A stretch of 64,000 bases of DNA, taken from assembly GCF_009914755.1 (NCBI RefSeq), contig NC_060926.1. The stretch is one strand, 5' to 3'. Shown here in pieces: positions 53,162-64,000 of this stretch. The notes under the pieces are model-generated. The model was not told the origin of the DNA, did no database searches, and worked only from the letters and a program-made list of their open reading frames with translations. Numbering within the stretch: the first letter of the stretch is position 1; each line of letters begins with the position of its first letter. A program made the position numbers and the translations under genes. Origin of the DNA: the human T2T-CHM13v2.0 reference genome, Homo sapiens.

Positions 53162-54857
53162 TCTTTTTTTGAAGAAGCTTGTAATTTAACTAAGCTCAAA
53201 ATTATAGAAAATTTTTACAGTCAGTTTTGAATGAAAAAGATAACATCTGCCCAGTCAGCTAAATCAGCTGAATAACCCTGCCAACAACAGGACAGCAAAT
53301 CTTTCATTCATTTTAAGATGACAAACTAAGGAAGGAAAAGTAACATCCCAATGCCTGTGGACATCTCACACCCATCCCCTAAACCAAGGTTAAGAGTCCA
53401 GGCCCAGGCCATACAATTCGTTTCTTTCTCAAATACACATCATCTGCAGAGGAGGATGACATTCTCAGGCAGAGTAAAGGAGTGCTCACATCCACAAAAA
53501 CTGAGGCATGCAAAATATTTTCACATTATGAAACATGGCAATAAGCAGAAGAACCACACCGAAGCAAACAGGACTAATGAAACAGAAAGAACCAGAACTT
53601 TAATCAGAATTACTATCCTACTAGAGAAAGCAGAAAATCTTATATACCTTAAAGCAAGGACACAAGGTTTCAAAGAATAATTGTTTGAAGCTATTAGACA
53701 TAAATAATTATTAGATGTGATACAGAATCATTGGATGGGTTGGCCAACATAACAAAAACAGTTATAACAGTCACATCACATTGAAATCCCTCATGGATAG
53801 ATACCCCACCATTATCTGAAATGTAATATGTTAGAACTGATATTATCTTTTCTCTCCCAAACGCAAATGCTTTTCCAGTTTCCATGTTACTATTCAACCT
53901 AATAGGCTTCTCAAGTCCACAAGGTTTGCCACTTAGAAGTTCATGCTTTTAATTACTTTGAAAGCTCTTTGGGGAACTCTTTTGTTTTAGTTGTTTTGTA
54001 CCTCTTCAACTCCCCAGCAGTATATAGTCCATACTCTATAAATACTTCTGCGGTTGACACCAATTTTATCTCATATTGAGACTTGCTGAACAAAATCTCA
54101 GATTTGGAGAATCTTTTAGAACCAGAAAATAATGTTTTTAAAAACTAATACTATGGCAAGGGTTATCAATAGTATCATTATGGAAATTATCCTCAAACCT
54201 GTTTAAAATTTAATAACCTGAAATAGCATTGAAATCAAATTTTGCTACACAGTAGCGTTTGTTGTTAAAGAAAATAAATTGTAAATGTTAGCACACATTT
54301 ATATTGTTCAATGCCAATGCTGATATTGCAATTCAGAGTGATCTTAAAGAATAAACTAGAGTTTGACAGTTAATTATTATTGCATATGTCAAATACTCAT
54401 TTCTCAATGCCAAAGTTTTCCTCACTCAGAAAAAATGTGATTTTTTGTTATTATTTCCCTTCTGTCCTAAATGTTAGTGTCAGCTCAAAATGCATAAAAG
54501 AGCCCACAGGGAATAAACATATCCATTGTCATTATTAAAATAGGACTGCAGCTGTTTTGCACCTGTTGCAAAAATCTTTTTAGACATTCTCCATTGAGAC
54601 TCTAATAATTCTGTGAATATGCAGTTCTGTACTTTTGCATGAGAAGAACCATGTAAATATTATACACAGTTTTGAAGGAACAGCTTTCTGAATTTTTTTC
54701 ATAAAACTTTACATTGTAAGTCTCATACTAAAATCATCTTACTATTCTTTCATGGTTTATGTGGTCAATAACAGAAACATTTGGAATTGAGAATTAGCAA
54801 TTAGCTTGCCTATCTCTCCTGCCATGATGGATGAGAAAATGTTACCCATGATTTTAG

Positions 54858-55030
54858 TAATAATAGCTAACATTTACTGAATGATTGGCATGTAGTTATT
54901 AGCAGTCTCATTTCATGAATACATAAACTGAGCCTTTAGAGAAGTCAAATCACTTGATCAAGGTTATGGAACTAGAAAGTGGCTGACCCAAAATCCCATG
55001 TTTTAAATCATTATGCAAGCTGCCTCCCCT
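54858..55030 (-). mobile_element. MIR
   Basis: aatagctaacatttactgaat...aaactgagcctttagagaagtcaaatcacttgatcaagg. Confidence 0.55.
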
Positions 55031-56069
55031 CTGTGATAATAGCATTTGATTACCATCCTATTTTATACAAGATACACATGTGTGAAGTTTCCATTGAGAT
55101 ATAAAGCATCAACTTATGAAAACCTATTACATCCTTCAAAAGTAATGGCCCATAATCCAGAGTGATCCAATAAAAATCACAATGAATATTGTTCTATTTT
55201 TAGGAAAATAAAATATATTCATATAAATTGTTCTTTAGAATTATCTCTACAAATTACCCAGCATTTTTCAATCAAGTAATTTCTTGATTAATACGTATAC
55301 CATCTTCAAAAGAAATCTTCAAGTACATACAACAGAAAAGCTTAATGGTACTCTACCTTGAACTAAATACAAAGAGACATAATTTCATGAGGTTGTGTGT
55401 TTTCTAGTCTCTTTCAAGTCTTTACCGAAATGTCAATTGATCATCTTAGAAAAAATTGCTAAAGAGAGATGTTTAAGAAAAAACTATGCTTAGAATATCA
55501 TTTTATAAACGATTTGATAGAAATATAAGCTTACCAATTCACCAGTTAGATCCTCTGAAAATCTTTGAAGTAGGGATAGAAACATCCTTTAAGGCATGGC
55601 ATCTTATTTTACAAATAATTAAGGTGAATTTTTTAAATTGATTTTAACCTACAGGATTACAAGCATATTAACATTAACAAACTGTTTCTTGGTAACAAAT
55701 ATTTCAGGCAAAATGGTCTTTTTTCCTTTTCATCAGATGCTATAAAGCACTGAAGCATTGCTCAAAGCATTCCTAAGCGGTCTAATGTGTTTGGTCTTTG
55801 TAATCCGGGCTTAAAATGCAGCATAGCTAGTAGGCTGACTAAGAAACTTTTCACCTCACCAAGACATTAATAACTTTTTTAAAAGTCAGTTATTATTTAT
55901 TGAGCTCATTGTTATTTTTTACGTTGATATTTGAGTCATTTAACATAATTTCAACTCTAACATTTTTGGCACTTTGGTTTTGCCACACTAAGTCATCTTT
56001 AGTTATAGTATGTATCACTGGCCTAAATTTGCTATCTATGAAGGCAATATGGTATTTTTGAAGAAAAGC

Positions 56070-56350
56070 ATATGTTTTAAAGCAGAGAAATCTAGATTTA
56101 AATGCCAGTATTGTCATGTATTAGTTCACTTAATCTCTCTCCAGGCTCCTTCTTTCTTCTTTTATAATCAAAGCAAAATATGACAAATTCACAAGCCTCT
56201 AGGGAAGATTTAAATTATATGTATAATTGGAATTATATAATACAGATATATTACATATGTACTCACATAATATAATTGTAGATCCTTAAAAAATGACTGA
56301 GTAAATAAAGATAAGTTAATATATTGAATATACAAAGTGCTTGATAGAAA
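56070..56350 (+). mobile_element. MIR (degraded)
   Basis: tctagatttaaatgccag...tcacttaatctctct...aaagtgctt. Confidence 0.4.
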
Positions 56351-56589
56351 GTGCTTTCTTTCCTCCTGTTCCCCTGGGTCATAAAATGATTCTCTGCAAA
56401 GAAAAACTTTACTGATACATTGTAATTTAGGGGAAAAAAGAATCATCCAAGTTAGCCATAGGTCTCAGACTATAATTTTTTATAGAATATTATCAATACT
56501 ATTACTCCTCATAATGTTTTCTAGTAGTAGGCACTACTTTATAGATAAATTCATTTAAAATAAATGCTACTTACATATAAACCATAGAT

Positions 56590-56810
56590 AATAGTAAATA
56601 TTATAGAGTGCTAACTATGTGCCAGTACTGTTCCAAGCCTGTTTAAATATAATGACATAATTGTAATCCTCACAGGTAATTACTTTTTACTGATGAGGAA
56701 GCTAAGACTTTTGCAAGTGACTTGCCCAAGGCCACAACACTTACTGAGTGACAGAACAGGAATGAAAGCACAGGCAGTCTGACCACAGAGTTCACTCTGC
56801 TTTCCACTTT
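56590..56810 (-). mobile_element. MIR
   Basis: gagtgctaactatgtgccag...ctgatgaggaagctaag...gtgacttgcccaaggccac...ggcagtctgac. Confidence 0.7.
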
Positions 56811-57675
56811 CTATAATAAATGTAAAAAGCATTTTTACTCTTAAATGGGTAAAACATGTTGTTTTACAATGTGGATTTCATTATTATTATCTTTCTTAAG
56901 CAAAACTATTTCTTTATGACATCCCCTGTGTGCCACTTGTAAACGGTCAATTATAAATAGTCCAAATAGATTAATATTTGTTGATCATTTTAAACAAGGA
57001 GAGAATATTGAAAACAAATTACATCAATTGAATTGAATTTTACAATTCATATTTTTACTAAACAGTAATTACTACCCATGCTTCAAACTATACATAAGTT
57101 CAGACACTTGCTTAATAAGGCATAACTATGATAACCAAATCTTCTCAATTTTTTAAATTCACTTCTGAAAAGAGAAGTACAAATTAGTATGAATACAATA
57201 TTCAACTTCCTTCGAAGCTGTCTAAAAAGTAAAAACACTTTAACTGAACAAGATTAAGAAATAAAATAAATCTTCAGTTACATCATTAATTTTTAAATCT
57301 CTCAACAATCAAAATGGAGGGGGTTCATACTTAATTGTTCACCTTTAATATTCTTGTGGTGATCTCAGAACTAAGTTTAGAAGTTACAAACTAGCAAATG
57401 GGGATGGATCTAAATTATACCAGAAATAAATTATATTTCCGAGTATAAGGTTTATGAAAAAGTTATTTTAAAAGGCTACATAATTTTACCTGACTTTAAG
57501 ATTTTGCCAACACATATCCACAATATTTCTGTACTGTTTTATTTTGCTTAAAAGCAGGGGATAGAACTAAATGAGCTTGATTCCTTTCTGAATTCTAGCC
57601 CATTAATACATAATTCAATATATTTTAAGATGTCCATGATAAAAGTTACAGAATTCTGCCTTTGCAATTTATTTT

Positions 57676-57719
57676 ATATATATAAAATATATATATACAT
57701 ATAAATATATATACACATA

Positions 57720-57760
<41 letters not shown>

Positions 57761-57828
57761 ACATATATATACATATAAATATATATATACATATATATAC
57801 ATATAAATATATATATACATATATATAT
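57676..57828. repeat. (TA)n/TACATA-type low-complexity repeat at the Alu tail position
   Basis: Read directly from the sequence. Lies between the Alu 3' end and the left TSD. Confidence 0.9.
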
Positions 57829-58109
57829 TGAGACGGAGTCTCACACTGTGGCCCAGGATGGAGTGCAATGGCATGAGGGCTCACTGCAACCTCTCCGCAT
57901 CCTGGGTTCAGGTGATTCTCCTGCCTCAGCCTCCTGAGTAGCTGGGATTAAAGGCGCACACCACCACACCTGGCTAATTTTTTGTATTTTTAGTAGAGAC
58001 GGGGTTTCACTATGTTGGCCAGACTGGTCTCGAACTACTGACCTAATGACCCGCCCACCTCGGCCTCCCAAAGTGCTGGGATTACAGGTGAGAGCCACCA
58101 CCCGTGGCC
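57829..58109 (-). mobile_element. Alu (AluSg-like)
   Basis: Dimer with the 2-bp-shorter tgacct--tga motif. TSD tattttatat at 57670-57679 and 58110-58119. Confidence 0.92.
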
Positions 58110-60009
58110 TATTTTATATTTTTTAGCTCCCCAGTCAACACCCCATTTGAGAATACCTTTAATGTGAATGATAGAATTAAAGAACATTCTTATATTGTAG
58201 CATAGTAGACAAAATTTAAGAAAAAGGAACATGGAGATACTTGACTATAATAAGTGAAATTAAATCTCAAAGTTTCAGCAACAAATGAACTCCATGGAAA
58301 TGCTTGATCTCTAGCAATGTCGTAATTTAAATAGTTTTAATTTTGATCAAATTAGTTAAAGTCTTTATAAATGTTTGTTTGTTCATTTCAGAAGATGTGG
58401 AAATAAATTCATGGCCCATTGACTTTTTTTTAAGTAAACAAAAAAAAAAATAACCCTCTAAAACTGTCAACACTTCAGTACAGTTTTAAAATTTTTCCAG
58501 AAAGCAAAAATTCAGTGTCACATTATAAAATTGACTTTAATTGATTGGCAAAGCACTTTAAAGATTAGTAGTATTAATTGCTTAAAATATTCTGTGACAT
58601 AAAATTTTTCATGTTTGTGAAAATTATTGCATTGTCTCTTTTAGAATCAGAAACTTCTTTCATATGAAAACTCTTAACCCTTTCATTTAATTCTGAAAAT
58701 ATAATATAGTTGATTTTGTGTCATACAGGGTTAATCCATTCTCCCCAGTGAAGTGCACAAATTTCAGCAATAACATATTCTGTTCCACTGTCATCCGTAT
58801 AAAATATTGTTTACACTCCGGGACTATTGCTTCAGGAAATTATTGATGAGAGCAGCTGCTCCTTCAGAAGAAAAGTAGAAAAGCCCTTTCTGTCCAACCA
58901 GGGGCACTTTTAGTCCCTTGCTTTATCTCTATGGCACAGAAGCATGCAAGATTGGATTTCAGACTTTGAATATTAAAAAATAATAAAATGAAATAAAAAT
59001 ATTTCGAAAGAAATTCTTTAAAACTTCACTTGGGAACTTTTGTCAAGCTCTGAGCCATCTCCCTTTACTCAGAATCCTTTGTTAAAATGAAATGAAAAGC
59101 AGAGCCTAAGCTATATGGTGTAATCGGCATCCAACTTCAAATGCAACTCATTGCTACTGAACTAAACGTTGTAATTGCAATTATAACTCTACACTGGTTT
59201 ATGCATAAATTATTCAAATTCATGCAATAGATTATTCAAACATTATCTCCAAGAAACACTTCTGAAAGCTCACTAACAATTATGCTACAACCCTTTACCA
59301 ACAAATGTCATGCAATTAAAAGCTTAATGTGCTTTTTAGACCCTGAATTGGTCAATAACATTGTTTTAACAAAAATCTGTTTTTGGCTATAATTTACTAT
59401 TAAAAATGTCTTTCTTGTCAAATCTTGAAAAACTTAACACTCTATTTCTGTAAAAAAAAAAAGGTTGAAAGTTCATCTACATTTTTTGAATAGGGTATGT
59501 ATACTTCAAAAGACTAACTTCTTTTATAAAAATATGGAAATGTGAACATTTTTAAAAAGATTTTTAATGATGGTTGAAATGCTGATACAATGCCAATTTC
59601 ATATGACCTAACTGACTTTTCTCACCAAGTTGCACAAAACTGTCTTTTCACACCAAAAATTGAATCAAACATTTGGATAACTACATGAGTACCAAAGTCA
59701 AGCATTTGGACCTGACTTTGCTCAAGTCATAAAACTCATAAATCTTGGGGCATCACTCATGTTGCAGATTTTGTGAATTGCCCCTTTAAGGACTGTATAA
59801 TTCATGATTTACCTGGATATACCTGGTATCGCTGATTGCCTTCCTGGAGCACTGTATCAAGTAGGTCGTATAGAATGTTTTGCTTCAATATTATTGTCTG
59901 ATCCTCTATGGGTGTCTCCATGACCAGTGTACCATTTTTTTTTCTTTTGAGAGAGAGACTCAATAAATGATTACTGCCTAAACTCCAAGGAATTTATTAC
60001 TCATCTTAC

Positions 60010-60180
60010 TGAAAAGGCCCAGGCAGATGTTTCTTCTGCCATGGTTTGGTCTCCTACTGGCCCTCTTATTCCGATTGCTTCTTATTGGTTCTGAGTGGGT
60101 CATATGCCTATTTCTGAGCCAGGCACTGGGGCATTGACATGTTAATCTGGGATTGGCTAGGACTGAGTCACATAACCAGG
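60010..60180 (-). mobile_element. Degraded MLT1-like LTR fragment
   Basis: cttattggttctgagtgggtcatatgcctatttctgagcca...gattggctaggactgagtcacat. Confidence 0.35.
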
Positions 60181-61978
60181 AATAACATTGGAGAGTTACA
60201 ATGACACTATTCTTTGTTCTTGATATTTGCATATTTAAAATGTAAATACTTTCTTGCCTTGGTTATATGCAGATGACAAAATATCAAGAAGTTCTCTTGT
60301 TACTCATTATCTATTTTGCTTAACCTGTGAATGAAATGTTCTCTTCCACTCTTGAATAATACATATTCCCTTGGTGTGAAAAACAGAGGCTTGTACTTTG
60401 TCTTACTCTCAACTCACAATCTCTTCTTATTGAAGGTTAGAATTTACAGGCAGCCCTTGATAGCTGTATTTCTGCCAGCATAGCAGAGGTGCATACTATA
60501 AGCAACAGTGTGAAGTTCTATCTGTATGTACACATTTATCCCCCACATTATTCCATAAAAGCGTTCAACATGGCTTACAGAAAAATATGCTGTACAACAA
60601 GATGAAACCAAATGGGTTTTGGAATCACAGCTAAAGAAAAACAGGAATGTTGAGACAGCAGGAATAAGATTTTTGAAAGAATAATGATTATAACTGTCAT
60701 AAACTTGTATGCAATCAAATTAAGAAACACTGTAAATTTGCTTTTGAGCTTCCGACCAGGAAGACCGCAGAGAAGATGATCAGCCACTTGACTAGTAAGA
60801 GTTTCTATAAGACTTAAAAAACAAAAACACACTCACAGAGACACACCAAACTCCACAACAGTAACAAAAGGGCACATCAATTTGTCCAACAGCCTAGGTA
60901 CTAATAATTCAGAGAAATGCCTTACAGTGATCCCCTCAAAGAGACTTTGCTTTACACACTAATTTACCTTATTATTACATTACATACATTACATGTCACT
61001 TTACATACTAATGTAACTGATTTTTCTTCCCCACTAAAGGGACTCAAGTATACAAAAAGGTGAGGCTGGCTCAAAGCTAACCTTAAAGAAGTTGCCCTGA
61101 AATGGTAGTCATAATTCCACCGCTAACAAGTGGAGATCTGCAACCTTATTTTTATTCTGTTTATGAAGCCCTGTGGCAGAAAAGGAAGGGAGATGCAGGT
61201 TGAGGATATGCCATAAACTGTTCAGTGTATGAGTATGGAATAGATATGAAACTATTAGCAGAATTTTTGCTGCCAGCAAAGAGAAATTCATGTATACAGG
61301 AGATGTAGTTTATCAGTTAGGACTCTCTGAGAAGAAAAACAAACCAGCAAAATTCAGCCTTCATTTTTCATTGTCAGAAAAATGAAATTGCTACAAAAAC
61401 CTTGCATATCAAAATTATATTTATTATCATTCAAACAAAGTAAGACCAAAAGAATTAGAACTGCATTTTAAAGAAAAAAATAGCATTAATCTTTCTTCTT
61501 TCAACTTTACTGTAAAATAAAGTGATTAGATTTTGTATTTGCATTTAATGAATAATTTAGGAGTTATGAAGAAGGCACTAATTGTTGATGGAACAACCTT
61601 TGCTGAAGAACACTCTATTTAAATAACGAGAGTGCCTCAGGGTATTTCTGTCAGGAGAACCATTTCATTTCACTCTAGGAACTTTTACAGTTCAATGTTG
61701 CACTGCAGTACTGTAACTGAAAGAAAAAGTTTTAAGCAACACAGTTGTTTATGCACACCAATGGACAATCTCCAGAGAGATATTCTTTCTGATTTTTGGA
61801 TAGTAGTAAGAGGGTAACAGATCATGTGGGGCACAAATATAAATAAAAATGGGTGGGGAATCATAAAGAATTTCACAAAAGCGTCATTGCCACAACAGTG
61901 TTACATACTTGGCTAATCTGTACTACACAGTCTGTAGTAACATCAATTGGTAATGAACTTATGGCCTATAAATGACAC

Positions 61979-63806
61979 TGTCACGGGCTCCTTAAGGTGT
62001 TGCTTCACCAGCCAGAAATTTCTGTGGCAGGCAGCACCTTCTGACTGAGTATTTGCTCGTGCCCACTGGGTTTGTTCTGCCCACTCGGCCTGGCAGGCTG
62101 TGCTCAGCTTACGCTACAGGCCCAGGTCCCACACCTGCCAAGCGCAAGACAGGCACGAAGCGGTGAGGGTTATGTGAGCAAGTGAGAGTGGGTTCCAGCC
62201 ACTGTGCACAGCCAGGTGGGCATGCTGGCTGCTTAGGCGGAGAAGTCAGCTCCAGGTGCCTGGCACAGGTGCCAGCTCTGTGCAGAGTCACAGCTGGATC
62301 AAATGCACTGCACGTGGCTTCTGCTGCAGGTACCCATGTCTAGATGAAGGGAATGCAGTGGCACCTGGAAGCTTGGAGATGCCAGGAACTGCAGAGACCC
62401 AAAGAGGGTATCACAGCCCTGGCTCAGGGAGTCCCTAGGTCTGGACTCCCCAAAGGGCCACATCTCTTCTCTCCTTCTTGTTGCCTGCAAGCAGGAGAGA
62501 AGCAGGGATTGGGGGTGGGTTGCAGGGTCATGTTTCAGCTCTGTTTGTGTTATAGCTCTTTTAGTCCCGCCATTCAGCAGGTCCAAAGTTCTTGTCCCAT
62601 GTCCTGGAAAAATGAGGTACACAGACACCTGGAGGATAAGCACGGTGGAGAAGAGCTTCATTGAGCAGCAGAACAGTTCTCAGGAGACCCAATGGCCATA
62701 GCTCCTTTCCACTGGCAGATCATCCCGATGTCTGTGCAGCCCTCAGTGGAGAGGAGAGGAGACCCAGAGTGAGTAGCTCCTACCTGCAGTCAGGTCACCC
62801 CATTGTCTGCCCAAGTCTAGCTGTATCTGGGGGTTTTTATGGGTTTCCAAGGAAAGGAAGTGCATGCTGATTGGTCCATAAGCAGCCATGGGCACCCCAG
62901 AAAAAGCACCATAAGTTCTCACTCCAGTCCACGGAACTGGCAGCCCAGTCCTCAGGCCTCAGGCCTCAGGCCAGCATTGGCTTGAAGGTAGGGCTTCACC
63001 GGGGACCTGTCCATTTTTTCCCAGGATTCTGTCTGCTTCCTGCCACCATCAACCTGCTCTCCATGGTGCCCATGGCACCCAGGCTGTTTGTGCCAGGGGG
63101 TGCCTGCAGGCCCTTGCCAAGCTGCCCTCAGCACCCCTGGCCTCCCTCCTGTGCTTGTCAGTGCCCAAAGTCTGGAGGGGGCCAAGGCAACAAGGGGCTG
63201 GTGTGTCAGCACTGCCCCAAGCACACACACTTAGCCGGGTTGCAACAGTGCCTGGGCTCAGCCTCAACTTTGCAGGCACTGGGAGCAGGGAGAGGCCAGG
63301 CAGCAAGAGCAGAGACTTCTGAGCCTACAGGGGCATGAGGGCTTCCCAGTCCCGAGAGCACTGGAATGCCAAGGTCCGCAGCCTCAGCTGGGGCTTGGGG
63401 CAGTGCTGACACACCAGCCCCTTGTTGCCTTGGCCCCCTCCAGACTTTGGGCACTGACAAGCACAGGAGGGAGGCCAGGGGTGCTGAGGGCAGCTTGGCA
63501 AGGGCCTGCAGGCACCCCTTGGCACAAACAGCCTGGGTGCCATGGGCACCATGGAGAGCAGGTTGATGGTGGCAGGAAGCAGACAGGATCCTGGGAAAAA
63601 ATGGACAGGTCCCCGGTGAAGCCCTACCTTCAAGCAACTGTGCCTGGGAGGGTGGGGCTCCCACCCTTCCAACTCAGAAGCAGAAGGGGCTCCCACCTAT
63701 TCCTAGCTCCCACTGGGTCTGTGGAGTGCTCAGCCCCAGCCGTACCTTCCCCACTGCAGAAGGCATCATGGCAGCAGTTGCTCCAGATGGGCCACCACTG
63801 TCATCA
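61979..63806 (-). mobile_element. MER52(A)-like ERV1 solo LTR
   Basis: GC-rich long LTR bounded by tgtcacggg (61979) and tgtcatca (63806), with a perfect 4-bp TSD acac at 61975-61978 and 63807-63810. Confidence 0.85.
62980..63635. repeat. Near-perfect inverted repeat: 243-bp arms (62980-63222 and 63393-63635), 170-bp spacer
   Basis: Manual base-by-base comparison gives 241/243 reverse-complement identity, with mismatches at right-arm positions 63519 and 63587. Confidence 0.97.
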
Positions 63807-64000
63807 ACACCAGCAATCACTTTACCAATAACCCAACAAGGAGATTCAGTCAACCCATATTTACTGAGTGCTTGCTGTATATGAAGTACTTTTCTGGACA
63901 TTAAAGTAAGAGAAGCCTCTATGTATTTATGAATCATGAAAGCTCACAAACATTATGTTTCGTATAAGAAGAGACCATCAAACCAGAGAGAGGGGAACAT

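Noticed and set aside
62871-63831. Cluster of 85-155-aa ORFs with mirrored peptides on both strands
   Set aside because: A by-product of GC-rich MER52 sequence and the inverted duplication, with no recognisable domain.

Overview
AT-rich great-ape/human-type nuclear DNA, mostly retrotransposon-derived. I recognise no host protein-coding gene, RNA gene or prokaryotic system. The main elements are: a twin-primed (5'-inverted) young L1 (735-2478); a full-length L1PA2-like element on the minus strand (4854-10879) inserted into a MER57-type solo LTR; a head-to-head, 5'-truncated older L1PA6-like element (11575-17113); several older L1s; four Alus; MIRs; a complete THE1D-like MaLR provirus; and MLT1, MLT2A1, LTR16/ERVL and MER52 LTR sequences. 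The full-length L1 has intact ORF1 and ORF0, but its 1274-aa ORF2 stays open only through two compensating frameshifts inside the RT domain. The most unusual signals are a 243-bp, 241/243-identical inverted duplication inside an old MER52 LTR (62980-63635) and several locally templated insertions between about 35.6 and 63.6 kb. Repeat subfamily names come from my recollection of consensus sequences and were not checked by any search. I cannot support a claim of a wholly new biological system.
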